This document shows, piece by piece, positions 41,883 to 50,949 of a stretch of DNA of 64,000 nucleotides. Within the stretch, counting starts at the first letter, position 1, and each line of letters begins with the position of its first letter. A model generated the notes under the pieces. It saw only the letters and a program-made list of their open reading frames with translations. It ran no database searches and was not told the origin of the DNA. A program made the position numbers and the translations under genes. Origin of the DNA: a virus (taxonomy: Duplodnaviria; Caudoviricetes); the IMG/VR virus record IMGVR_UViG_3300035698_017721, positions 1,175 to 65,174 of that record. One strand, given 5' to 3'.

Positions 41883-42115
41883 TATTACAAGTCAGACACA
41901 TCGGTGTGTAATTGTCAAAATGGTTTGCACCGCCTTTTGATTTTGGATGAATGTGATCTTTTGTCATCATTACTTCTGTACCATCTGGACGATAACCATC
42001 CTGTTATCCTTCCACTATCATGTCGACCCCAGAATGACCAAGACATAACGTTGTGTCTTGATGCATCTGTATAAAGGGTAACAAAATTCTTAGGATATAC
42101 TTTCTCATCACTCAA
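41854..42115 (-). pseudogene. Fused fragments: RNase H-like N-terminus and out-of-frame HNH C-terminus
   Basis: VTLYTDAS..WSFWG; second frame 41997-41854 reads GTEVMMTKDHIHPKSKGGANHFDNYTPMCLTCNNEKSN. Confidence 0.55.
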
Positions 42116-42130
42116 AATTGGACTCCCATA

Positions 42131-42805
42131 TTAGTACAAATAATTTTTTGTCGGTTTTCTAATCTTCATCATCCAATTAGAGTTGTTCTTTTCGCTTCGA
42201 CCCATTTCCAGTTTGGCATCAAGTCTCTTGATAACAAATCCTTCGAACATATCAATCTTAACAATATCTTTCCAGATTACATTGAAGCAATCGTAGAATG
42301 TCTTCACTCGATAAACATTCTCAACATCAGTGATGTATAAGAAATCATGTTTACGAATTCCATCAGGCATGATCTCTTTGTCTTCTTGACCATACAATCT
42401 ATCAAGTAGTTGAACTCTTTCGTCAAAGGTCTTTCCAATTAGTTGAACACCATCGAAAACCATGATGTCAAAGATCACGAAATTACCATTGAAGTTTTCA
42501 GTCCACTCATTAAGTTTACTCTTGGTCATATTCTCACCAGAAAGAACCATCCACTTATTACCTGTTCCAGTTTCTCGGTGAAGATTTAGGAACCGCTCAG
42601 TATTAGGAATGTTTTTCTTGAAATGCTTATTGTGACGATCATATACATGGACCTCAAGACCATTGGTGAAAACCACCATACAATCTCCATTCAGTTTTGG
42701 TTGCCCACCATAAGTACCATTGTCATACTTGACAAGTTCATCCAATGGAATTGGATTCTGTGGTCGAGGTGGATAAACGTAACGAAATTTTGGATAAGGG
42801 ATCAT
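42131..42805 (-). CDS. ATP-dependent ligase, adenylation domain only
   Basis: QPKLNG, SGE, FDIM, EGFVIKR, WMMKIRK. Confidence 0.8.
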   Translation of the reverse strand: MIPYPKFRYVYPPRPQNPIPLDELVKYDNGTYGGQPKLNGDCMVVFTNGLEVHVYDRHNKHFKKNIPNTERFLNLHRETGTGNKWMVLSGENMTKSKLNEWTENFNGNFVIFDIMVFDGVQLIGKTFDERVQLLDRLYGQEDKEIMPDGIRKHDFLYITDVENVYRVKTFYDCFNVIWKDIVKIDMFEGFVIKRLDAKLEMGRSEKNNSNWMMKIRKPTKNYLY

Positions 42806-43597
42806 AGAAATTCGATTCGGTTTGAAGTTGTGGCAAAGGTCAATCCTTTGTATCCACGTTGACGATACTCATACTTATGAGACAAGACATCACTATCAAC
42901 AATATCGGTGACCCATACATTTGCATAGTAATCTACTCCATCTGATGTGGTCTCTCTGACCCGTGCTGCTCGTTTCATATTGTAAAGATAAGAATTAAAA
43001 ACGACATATCAAATTCTTCTTTTACTTTCAGTAAAGAAAAGATTAGGAGGCGTAGTACCTAATTCTGTTGCATGTCTTGACATTATTTCTTGTATCTAAG
43101 GATTAGTATGAAGGCAATCAACATCTAGAACACTTTGAATAGCCTCTATTAACTCTTCTACGGAGACAACATTGACACCAAGTCTTATCACCTACCCGAA
43201 GATCCAAAGCCTCTTGTGTGAGCTTCTTATTAAGGTTCTGCTTTCTGTGGGTGATCTTGTTGAACTTAGGTTTATGAAGTTTGATCAATCTGAATTCTTC
43301 ATCCAACATCTCATCTTCAGTATTATGCTTTGACAATACCTCGAAGTTGAAATTCTTCTTGTTTGCTTTGTGCCATCTGAAACGATAGAAGCCCTTAGTT
43401 TGGACTCCTTGGACTTTCTTAGCATCCGTGAATATATTGAAACCTCCCATACCAACAATGACCCAATGAAGGGTCTTGTTGTTTTGGATTAAGAGATCGG
43501 AAAATTTCCTTGAACCATTTAGGTAGGTTCTGGCATCCTTTTAAGCCGACTAGGAAACGATCAGTTTTGTCACTACCCTGTCCAACCTCTTAAAGTC

Positions 43598-44221
43598 TTA
43601 CTTCTTAGGAGCAGGAGCAGACTTCAAAGCCTGAACTGGAAGGATCTCAGTGAACAATGTTGAGATTGAAGTTTTGAACTTCTTAGCAAGCATTGGAAGA
43701 ATACCGATTGTTCCTTTGGCGATTGAGTGAGTAACTGTCTGAGAGATGCCATTAGCGAAAGCATCTTTAACTTCTTGCTTCAATTTAGAAGCGGCAATGG
43801 CTTCAGAGATTGCTTGACCATGCTCGTTAATCATTGCAGAGTCCAAAGTGAAAGTTACGGTTTCGTCAATCAAGTCTTCACCATAAGTCTCAGTCAAATA
43901 TTCAACGCCACCTTCAGGAAGTTTGATGTAACGATCTTGTGCCATATAAAGAAGTGAATCTCCAGCAGCACTTGAAAGAATGAAACTTTCAGGTTGACGT
44001 CCTGTTGCTTCATATGCCTTAACATATTGTTCTGCAGCATATGGCTTTAGAATTCCTTCAGCTTGTTTCAATTTTGCTGTTGCTGTTGCAGCGGCTTTCT
44101 TTGCAGCAGTATAATCTGCAAGAGCTTGAACCTGAACTGGGTCAGTACAAACGTGATTTTCTTTGTCTGCAGTTGAAGCGGTTGCTTTCTTAACTGTCTT
44201 AGCTTGGGCGAACATGTTCAT
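43598..44221 (-). CDS. Hypothetical Ala/Lys-rich protein
   Basis: 207 aa; upstream TATCTTTA box. Confidence 0.6.
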   Translation of the reverse strand: MNMFAQAKTVKKATASTADKENHVCTDPVQVQALADYTAAKKAAATATAKLKQAEGILKPYAAEQYVKAYEATGRQPESFILSSAAGDSLLYMAQDRYIKLPEGGVEYLTETYGEDLIDETVTFTLDSAMINEHGQAISEAIAASKLKQEVKDAFANGISQTVTHSIAKGTIGILPMLAKKFKTSISTLFTEILPVQALKSAPAPKK

Positions 44222-44406
44222 TTTTAGTTGTCTTTAGTTGTTGTGACTTGATTACATTGTAAAGATACGAATAATATCGACATACGGAAGTGTTTCCGCA
44301 AATCTTTTTTCTTCTTTTTTACAAAGGCTTGATTTCCAACACATTGAAAATAAACTATTTTCGGCTGATATATAATAAGGGAAGAATTGATCTAAAAGCA
44401 AGGAAG

Positions 44407-45129
44407 ATGATAGAAAATAATATAGTGCCATTTGTACTTACTTTTCTACCTGCCCTCGTGTATGCTATCATATTATATGCATCGTTTCCAAGGAAGACCG
44501 TTAGTTTAAAGATCTCATTTCTTCATTTTTTGATGGGTGCTATCAGTACAACGGCGGTCCTTGCCTTCCAATGGATCTTTCCTGAATTTCAAAATCCGGT
44601 ATCTAGGAACTTCATATTTGCCATGTTCTCGATGGCATTCTTACAAGTAGCATTCTTAGAAGAGTCAATGAAACTCTTGTTCTATAAGTTTACTGAGATG
44701 TATCGAGGAGTCATTCCAAGTATGTATTCGGTGATGTTCTATGCTATGTCGGTCTCAATGGGATTTGCCGTTGTTGAGAATATGAGATATGCCGGAAGAT
44801 ATGGTGATGAGGTATTGATCGCCCGGGCAACTACTGCCGTTGTATTACATATGCTTACAGGTTTGATGATGGGATATTTCATATCTCTAGGCATCTGGAA
44901 AAAGAAGAAACACTTATATAAGATACTCGGATTAGGTGCAGCAACGTTCATACATGGATTGTATGACTTCAATCTAATGATTTCAGAACAATGGAGATGG
45001 CCAGGTCTAATGATTAAGACCGGTTTTGGTATTGATACAAAATGGATATTGGGTGCAGGAATGGTTTGTACCGCTTTGATGTTTTATCACATTGGGATAC
45101 TAAGAGCACGACGATTCAGAAAAAAGTGA
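44407..45129 (+). CDS. PrsW-family intramembrane protease
   Basis: EESMK, GFAVVEN, RA..AVVLH, HGLYD. Confidence 0.85.
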   Translation: MIENNIVPFVLTFLPALVYAIILYASFPRKTVSLKISFLHFLMGAISTTAVLAFQWIFPEFQNPVSRNFIFAMFSMAFLQVAFLEESMKLLFYKFTEMYRGVIPSMYSVMFYAMSVSMGFAVVENMRYAGRYGDEVLIARATTAVVLHMLTGLMMGYFISLGIWKKKKHLYKILGLGAATFIHGLYDFNLMISEQWRWPGLMIKTGFGIDTKWILGAGMVCTALMFYHIGILRARRFRKK

Positions 45130-45879
45130 TCTTATCTATGTCCACCTGCTGAAGGTGCAGAAGACTTCATATTCTCTGGAAAATTCGTAAACTTCCCATG
45201 AACGAAGTAAGGTACTTTTTCACAAGATGTACAAGTCAATATAGGAATCTCGATCTCTCGATCCTCTGCTTGAGCAGTTTGAATTTTAGATGCGAATTTA
45301 ACCATAACGGATGGAGTAAATACTTTACCACCACATTCGCAGTTTATCCAAGGTAAATCGTTGATACTAATTTTCGGTAATTCCATTATTTTCTTCTAGG
45401 TAAGGATTAAGTATGAGGTCTATGAAATATACAAAATCATCCGGATCATGTTCGCCAGTACAAATATAATGACCAAACCATTCAGATTGAAAACGTGCCG
45501 CATCTTCTGCTTTAAGATGTGGCTTAACGTCTTTCCAAAGTTTTTCTGCTTTGTGTTGATTGTCTTCTCTCCTACACATACATTGACTAATGAACTCTTT
45601 TAAATCCCTTTGGAATTTTTTCTTAATCTGAAACTGTTGTCGGATTCATATGTGCTTGACTTTAACAAGAACTAGAATGAGGGCGTCGCTATTGATAATA
45701 TCGTTCTGCATAAACGAGCAGTGTCTTTCAACCGTACCAAAGCTAAGCCCTCACTTAGTCTCCTCCTTGCGGGAGTAGTCTTTTTTATTTCTCAAACCTG
45801 GAAACGCTCTATTGAGAATTACGCTTCTTCATTATGGTCACTTGCGGACGGGAAAAGATTATAAAAACGCCGCACTACG

Positions 45880-45975
45880 TGGTGGTTCTTGTAGGATTTG
45901 AACCTACGATCCTCCAGATCGTTTTTCAACTATCTGGTGCTCTGCAATAAATTGCCCAACTGAGCTTTAAGAACC
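45880..45975 (-). tRNA. tRNA-like RNA with no standard anticodon loop (extended stem capped by GAAA) and a D-loop insertion
   Basis: GGTTCTT/AAGAACC-A-CCA, T-arm GTAGG-TTCAAAT-CCTAC, CCAGAT-A-GTT-GAAA-AAC-G-ATCTGG. Confidence 0.7.
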
Positions 45976-46014
45976 TTAAATTGATCCCCTGTTTCCGAGG
46001 CAGTAGGAACGTGC

Positions 46015-46206
46015 TTTAGAGACACGGCCGATTTACACAAATTACATCTTAAGTTAAAGAAGCAAGGTAAGATTGTTACGCTCTTTCATGAGCCAGACAT
46101 TGACAACCAAGCAACATCTTTATGTATTTACGGAACTACTGAAGTTCGTAGATCACTTAGTCATTTGCCATTATCACTTAAAACAGCGATCAATGAAAAT
46201 GTCTAA
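46015..46206 (+). pseudogene. C-terminal half of a Pth2-like peptidyl-tRNA hydrolase; no start codon
   Basis: RDTADLHKLHLKLKKQGKIVTLFHEPDIDNQATSLCIYG...LSHLPL. Confidence 0.6.
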
Positions 46207-46768
46207 GCTAATAAATGACATGTCTAATTGTGAACAGACACAAGGCATGTCGGTACTTGAGCACGGAGAATCAGTGCTTCGGTATTACGAAGATCTCATT
46301 AACCATTTACAGAATGATACTCCATTACAATTAGAATGGAAACTCCCTGAATGGATTTATGATCACAAAGATTACATCCTAGAAAACTTAATGTCCGATG
46401 ATATTATCAAGGACTATCAGATCTTCCATGATTGTGGTAAGCCATATTGTCGAACAGTAGATGAGAACGGACGTCAACACTTCCCGGACCATGCAAAGGT
46501 TTCTGAGCAGACTTGGTTAGATGCCAGTGGAGATACACAGGTTGGTAAGTTGATCGGAATGGATATGGACATTCACTTATTAAAGGATGTGGGTGTTGCA
46601 GAGTTTGCTAAAAGACCAGAAGCGATGACATTATTGTTGACGGGACTCAGTGAAATTCATTCTAATTGTGCTATGTTTGGTGGTATAGATTCTACATCAT
46701 TCAAGATCAAGTGGAAACAAATAAATAAGCGTGGTAACGCCATCTTTAAAGAACTTCTTGTAAGATGA
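46193..46768 (+). CDS. HD-domain phosphohydrolase
   Basis: SVLEHG...FHDCGKPYC..HFPDHA. Confidence 0.75.
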   Translation: MKMSKLINDMSNCEQTQGMSVLEHGESVLRYYEDLINHLQNDTPLQLEWKLPEWIYDHKDYILENLMSDDIIKDYQIFHDCGKPYCRTVDENGRQHFPDHAKVSEQTWLDASGDTQVGKLIGMDMDIHLLKDVGVAEFAKRPEAMTLLLTGLSEIHSNCAMFGGIDSTSFKIKWKQINKRGNAIFKELLVR

Positions 46769-46777
46769 AAAACACAA

Positions 46778-46897
46778 GGCACATCGTGAATATGAATGCG
46801 AGGAACAACTGCAGAAAGTACTCGTTGGATTATAGGCTCACGGAGGTTGGAAGTAGCCCTTCCACACACCTTGGGGGTTCGATCCCTTCATGTGCTG
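46778..46897 (+). ncRNA. About 120-nt tRNA-like RNA (acceptor and T-arm, with an enlarged interior)
   Basis: GGCACAT/ATGTGCT, GGGGG-TTCGATC-CCTTC, internal stems CGTGA/TCACG and TGGAAG/CTTCCA. Confidence 0.5.
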
Positions 46898-46900
46898 CAA

Positions 46901-46980
46901 GTCAGAATAGCTCAGTTGGTAGAGCACTTGATTACTTCGGTAATCTTGAGGTCGGTGGTTCGAACCCATCTTCTGACACA
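46901..46980 (+). tRNA. tRNA-like RNA with the anticodon loop replaced by a C(UUCG)G hairpin
   Basis: GTCAGAA/TTCTGAC; normal D and T arms; GATTAC-TTCG-GTAATC. Confidence 0.7.
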
Positions 46981-46983
46981 ATT

Positions 46984-47059
46984 GCCTGGATAGCTCAGTT
47001 GGTTAGAGCGTTGGAGCTTCGGGCTCTGAAGGTCGTGGGTTCGAACTACTCCGGGCACA
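46984..47059 (+). tRNA. tRNA-like RNA with a UUCG-type anticodon arm and a short T-stem
   Basis: GCCTGGA/TCCGGGC; TTGGAGC-TTCGG-GCTCTGA. Confidence 0.6.
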
Positions 47060-47065
47060 ACAAAT

Positions 47066-47139
47066 GGGGCTGTAGTTCAGCTGGTAAGAACGCCGATCTC
47101 TAAAATCGGATGTCGCGGGTTCGAGCCCCGTCAGCCTCG
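47066..47139 (+). tRNA. Amber suppressor tRNA (anticodon CTA)
   Basis: CCGAT-CTCTAAA-ATCGG; complete cloverleaf; G73. Confidence 0.85.
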
Positions 47140-47144
47140 CAAAT

Positions 47145-47219
47145 GGGAATATAGCTCAGTCCGGTTAGAGCGGGAGTCTCTAAAACTCTTCGTCGTGGGT
47201 TCGAATCCCACTATTCCTT
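47145..47219 (+). tRNA. Amber suppressor tRNA (anticodon CTA)
   Basis: GGAGT-CTCTAAA-ACTCT; complete cloverleaf. Confidence 0.85.
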
Positions 47220-47248
47220 CTACATTTATTAACCCTAAAAACAAAGCC

Positions 47249-47275
47249 ATGAAATAGGTAAGCAGAGGACCATAA
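47249..47275 (+). promoter_or_regulatory. Mini-uORF M-K-(TAG)-V-S-R-G-P-stop
   Basis: ATG AAA TAG GTA AGC AGA GGA CCA TAA after an A-rich leader. Confidence 0.45.
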
Positions 47276-47337
47276 TTTGAATCGAGTGAATCGAAGAGTA
47301 CAAACAATTCAAACAACAAAATTCAAAAACAATAGTC

Positions 47338-47739
47338 ATGAACGACACAACAGTTAAAGCAGAAAAAATAATCGTAGAAGCAACACCAGAAAACGTGCAA
47401 ATGGTTCTCGATAAAATCAAGGAATTCACAACAGAGAAGGGATACCAGATCAAAGGTGATTTCAAGTTCAACGGAAAACTCGAGTTTCCAAGTCGTAACC
47501 AAGAAAAGGTTCTTCGTAGATACCTCACCAGATTAAACTGGAAGGTAACAATGTCGCAAGCAAACCGATTCTTACACGCTCTCAAGAGATACACCGATTT
47601 TGAAGGTCGTATCGAAATCTCAGAACGTGAAAAAGGAATCCAGAAAGCTCGTAAGGACTGGAAGTATGCAAGAGAACGTCAAGAACTTTTGCTCAAGTCT
47701 TACAAAGAAACCAAAGCAGGTTTCTACCCAAGTCTGTAA
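47338..47739 (+). CDS. Hypothetical basic protein
   Basis: 133 aa, A-rich leader, followed by a terminator. Confidence 0.65.
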   Translation: MNDTTVKAEKIIVEATPENVQMVLDKIKEFTTEKGYQIKGDFKFNGKLEFPSRNQEKVLRRYLTRLNWKVTMSQANRFLHALKRYTDFEGRIEISEREKGIQKARKDWKYARERQELLLKSYKETKAGFYPSL

Positions 47740-47758
47740 GCACATCTTCATAATAATG

Positions 47759-47785
47759 AAAAGGGCCTCGAAAGAGGCCCTTTTT
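47759..47785 (+). terminator. Intrinsic terminator
   Basis: AAAAGGGCCTC-GAAA-GAGGCCCTTTTT. Confidence 0.85.
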
Positions 47786-47811
47786 CGTTTAACCAAAACG
47801 ATATATAAGAT

Positions 47812-48306
47812 ATGGAACATCTTAAAAAATGGGAGAGCTTCAACGAAGCGTACGATTATGATAATAATTCTGGGGAAGAATTCTGGGGAGATGCTGGAGC
47901 AGGTGTTTTACCTATCTGTAAAGGTACCGGTAGAATATTACTTGGCCTAAGATCTGGACTTGTTAACGAACCGTATACCTGGGCCGGGTTCGGCGGTATG
48001 ATTGACGACGATGAAGAATTAGCAAACCCAGAGCTTGCGGCCAGAAGGGAGTTTGAAGAAGAAGCTCATTATATGGGGAAGGTAGACATGATTGAGTGTG
48101 AACAATTTACCAGTGATGGAGGAGGATTCAAATATTACAATTTTATAGGTGTGATCGATGAAGAGTTTACTCCTGTATTATCTGATGAATCAGACGATTA
48201 TCAATGGGTTACTCTGACGGAATTACACGATCAGGATAATAAACACTTTGGACTAGTTGATGTAATGAAAAAGAACATGAACATAATTAAGAAGTACGCA
48301 AAATGA
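47812..48306 (+). CDS. NUDIX hydrolase
   Basis: GFGG....NPELAARREFEEEA. Confidence 0.85.
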   Translation: MEHLKKWESFNEAYDYDNNSGEEFWGDAGAGVLPICKGTGRILLGLRSGLVNEPYTWAGFGGMIDDDEELANPELAARREFEEEAHYMGKVDMIECEQFTSDGGGFKYYNFIGVIDEEFTPVLSDESDDYQWVTLTELHDQDNKHFGLVDVMKKNMNIIKKYAK

Positions 48307-49058
48307 AGCATTTAAAAAAATTTATATCTATGTTTGAATCGGAGAAGATTCTCGATCTGGATGAGTCAATTGCCGATGAACAAATACACAAAGCCATCTT
48401 TATGATTGGTGGTGCAGGGTCCGGTAAGTCGACAGCAGCCAAGAAAATGTTTGAAGGTACTTTGAAGTTCGTTGACTCTGACAAATTCGTACAGTTCCTT
48501 TTGAAGAAGAAAGGTCTATCCCTGGTTTTCGATAAATCAAAGCCTGAAGAATATGCAGCAAAAACTAAATTCCGTCGCCAAGCAAAAGAATTAGAGACTT
48601 CCAAATTTGGACATTTGGTAGATGGCTTACATAGTATCGTATTAGATGGTACTGGTAGAAACCGCGATAAGATCAACCGTCAGTATGATGCGTTACTTGG
48701 ACTAGGCTACGACTGTTACATGATTTATATCAACACGGATGTTGAAGTTGCAGTAGAACGAAATGCCAAGCGAGAACGTGTAGTTCCCGAGGATATTGTA
48801 AGAGCACAGTATCATGATTTACAAGCTAATATTCCGGATTATAAAAAAAAGTTTGGTGCTAATTTCTTTGAATATAAAACTGGTGAGACTGATAAAACGC
48901 TGAATAAAATCTCAAATAAGATATTACAAGCACCTTATGAAAATGAAGCTGGATTTGTATTAAGAGATCTTATGAAGGAAAATCATTTGAAATATCTACA
49001 TGAACTGAATGTGCAACAGTTAGGAACGTTAATGCGGAACATTAGATTAACGGATTAA
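48303..49058 (+). CDS. Zeta-toxin/AAA_33-like P-loop kinase
   Basis: GGAGSGKST, VDSD, VLDGTG, ERNAKRERVVP. Confidence 0.75.
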   Translation: MKHLKKFISMFESEKILDLDESIADEQIHKAIFMIGGAGSGKSTAAKKMFEGTLKFVDSDKFVQFLLKKKGLSLVFDKSKPEEYAAKTKFRRQAKELETSKFGHLVDGLHSIVLDGTGRNRDKINRQYDALLGLGYDCYMIYINTDVEVAVERNAKRERVVPEDIVRAQYHDLQANIPDYKKKFGANFFEYKTGETDKTLNKISNKILQAPYENEAGFVLRDLMKENHLKYLHELNVQQLGTLMRNIRLTD

Positions 49059-49100
49059 CTGCGTATGATTTGGATATATAAAGAGAAATATAATGAAAGA

Positions 49101-49469
49101 AGGATGAAGTCAGTGCTGTTGGTAATGTTAGTATTTTTAAGTACTTCGGTAAACGCTCAAGTAGATCCACCCGATAGTGCAGATGAATTTGGTTGGTTAC
49201 GTTGGGCCGTAATATTACTTTTAGGTTTTGTTGGTACCGGTGGTGCAACATTCTTTGCTTTTGTAAAAGGAGCACATGAAAGTCGAATTAAAGATAAGGA
49301 TGCAGAAATTAAAAGACTTGCAACAAGAGCAACTGAACAGCAACATGCTTTAGAACGTCTACAGACTGATAAAGATGCCTTGAACAAGGATATGCAAGAG
49401 AAAGTTATTCCAGCTCTAACGAGCGCAAGCGACCTTATTAGAACCTTCTTAAATAGCAGTAAGAAATGA
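49101..49469 (+). CDS. Signal peptide + TM + coiled-coil protein
   Basis: MKSVLLVMLVFLSTSVNA, TM helix, heptads. Confidence 0.55.
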   Translation, partial: RMKSVLLVMLVFLSTSVNAQVDPPDSADEFGWLRWAVILLLGFVGTGGATFFAFVKGAHESRIKDKDAEIKRLATRATEQQHALERLQTDKDALNKDMQEKVIPALTSASDLIRTFLNSSKK

Positions 49470-49885
49470 GAGGTCAAACAGAAGATATTAGACATCAGCT
49501 TGATGTCGCTTGTAAAGAACTAACTAGCTGCGTTCATGATTTCAAGATCCAATGTGGTCTTGATGATTGGAAAGAGAAAGTTGTGTCGATCACAGATCAG
49601 TTTACAGAGATCTTTCCAGACGTTATGGCCAAGGTTGCATTTCCAGAGAAAGCAAAAGGTAGTCGTACGATCATTATAAAGGCTAAAGCGGGATCTAAGT
49701 TAGATCCACACAAGATGATTCCTCTTCGCTTTGTTTATGTTGTCCACGGGGACCAGAGAGATGAAAGAGGTGTAATAGTTTTGAATGAGGATGAGGGAAT
49801 GTCTATTCAACCATTTGTTGAATCATCCATGTATTTTAAAGTGGATACGAAGTTGATCATGGAGATTGAAGATGAAACCATATAA
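49466..49885 (+). CDS. Cupin-like protein
   Basis: KAGSKLDPH...FVYVVHG...LNEDEGMSIQP. Confidence 0.5.
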   Translation: MRGQTEDIRHQLDVACKELTSCVHDFKIQCGLDDWKEKVVSITDQFTEIFPDVMAKVAFPEKAKGSRTIIIKAKAGSKLDPHKMIPLRFVYVVHGDQRDERGVIVLNEDEGMSIQPFVESSMYFKVDTKLIMEIEDETI

Positions 49886-49887
49886 TT

Positions 49888-50313
49888 ATGAATGAAGTAC
49901 AACAAAAGGTTCAAGTCGAAGTAGATCACCTTACAGGTTTAATAAGTGAACTACAACAGGTAAATCTGTTTCTAACATTATTAGAAAATCCTGATTGTCC
50001 CATGTTCGTTGCCTATGTTCACCCGGATGGTCATTTTCGTTACGTCAATAAAGTGTTTGCTAATGCCCTTGGATATTCTAAGGAAGAAATTTATAGTAAA
50101 CATTGGGCCGAATTCATGAAGCCTGCGGAATCTGCTCGAGTACGAGCAGATTATCTTGCATCGAGTGATTCTAAGACACCATTTCTAAATTACGATACAA
50201 TGTACCAAACCAAAGACGGTAAGGATCTACCTTTAAGATGGTACACAAGTCCAATGCATAATCACAGTAACGAAGAGAATGTTACGATTTGTTTTTCAAT
50301 GATAATTGATTAA
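49888..50313 (+). CDS. Stand-alone PAS-domain protein
   Basis: DGHFRYVNKVFANALGYSKEEI...TKDGKDLPLRW. Confidence 0.8.
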   Translation: MNEVQQKVQVEVDHLTGLISELQQVNLFLTLLENPDCPMFVAYVHPDGHFRYVNKVFANALGYSKEEIYSKHWAEFMKPAESARVRADYLASSDSKTPFLNYDTMYQTKDGKDLPLRWYTSPMHNHSNEENVTICFSMIID

Positions 50314-50885
50314 AGCTTAATCCAAGCGCAATATTTGCCTTGTCTCTTATAATCTTCTGCCATCCAGATTACGTTTTTTCTGTATAATACAGGATCAAAT
50401 TCTACAACGATACCGTTTTTAGTAGATGAAGTGAACATATCACCTTTCATCAAATTCCAAATAATATTACGACCTGGTGAGTTATTACCGGTCACTGGTA
50501 GGTTCTCAAGAAGATACTTACGAAACTCTGGAGTAGCTTTAACCATATAATATTGGTCAATTGTATAAATGGAAGCATTAAAGAAATAGTAACTATTATC
50601 TGGTCTGAATCGTTTTAAACTTGACTCTGATACAAAATCAGTGCCCTTAACATCAATATAGCATTTCACTCCATCTAAATTGATAAACCAAAGGTCACCA
50701 TCAACAGCATTTGCTTCCACTTGCCGATTCCATTCTTCCGACCATTTTTCAATGTCTTTGTCAACGGTTGGTCCTATACCATATCCCAAGTTCGGTATAA
50801 TTCCTTCTTTTAAAGCTCGTAATACAGACTCTTCCCCAAACAGTCCGAAATAAAATCGTTCGTCAAATGTTGTTAGTGCTTCCAT
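50310..50885 (-). CDS. Putative PD-(D/E)xK nuclease
   Basis: GEE...DGDLW...YIDVKG. Confidence 0.45.
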   Translation of the reverse strand: MEALTTFDERFYFGLFGEESVLRALKEGIIPNLGYGIGPTVDKDIEKWSEEWNRQVEANAVDGDLWFINLDGVKCYIDVKGTDFVSESSLKRFRPDNSYYFFNASIYTIDQYYMVKATPEFRKYLLENLPVTGNNSPGRNIIWNLMKGDMFTSSTKNGIVVEFDPVLYRKNVIWMAEDYKRQGKYCAWIKL

Positions 50886-50949
50886 GTTACCTTATATCAA
50901 CGGAAAAAGGAAATGTTTCCGGATATATAAATAAACGTATCCTATTAAG

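Noticed and set aside
45785-45832. Minus-strand mini-ORF MKKRNSQ(TAG)SVSRFEK as a third attenuator leader
   Set aside because: No clear terminator with a U-tract follows and the region looks rearranged; support is insufficient.
45600-46010. tmRNA
   Set aside because: No Ala acceptor ends or tag reading frame could be identified.
46765-47103. 112-aa ORF (and similar ORFs at 62178-62468 and 62545-62901)
   Set aside because: They overlap tRNA/ncRNA genes and are shadow ORFs.
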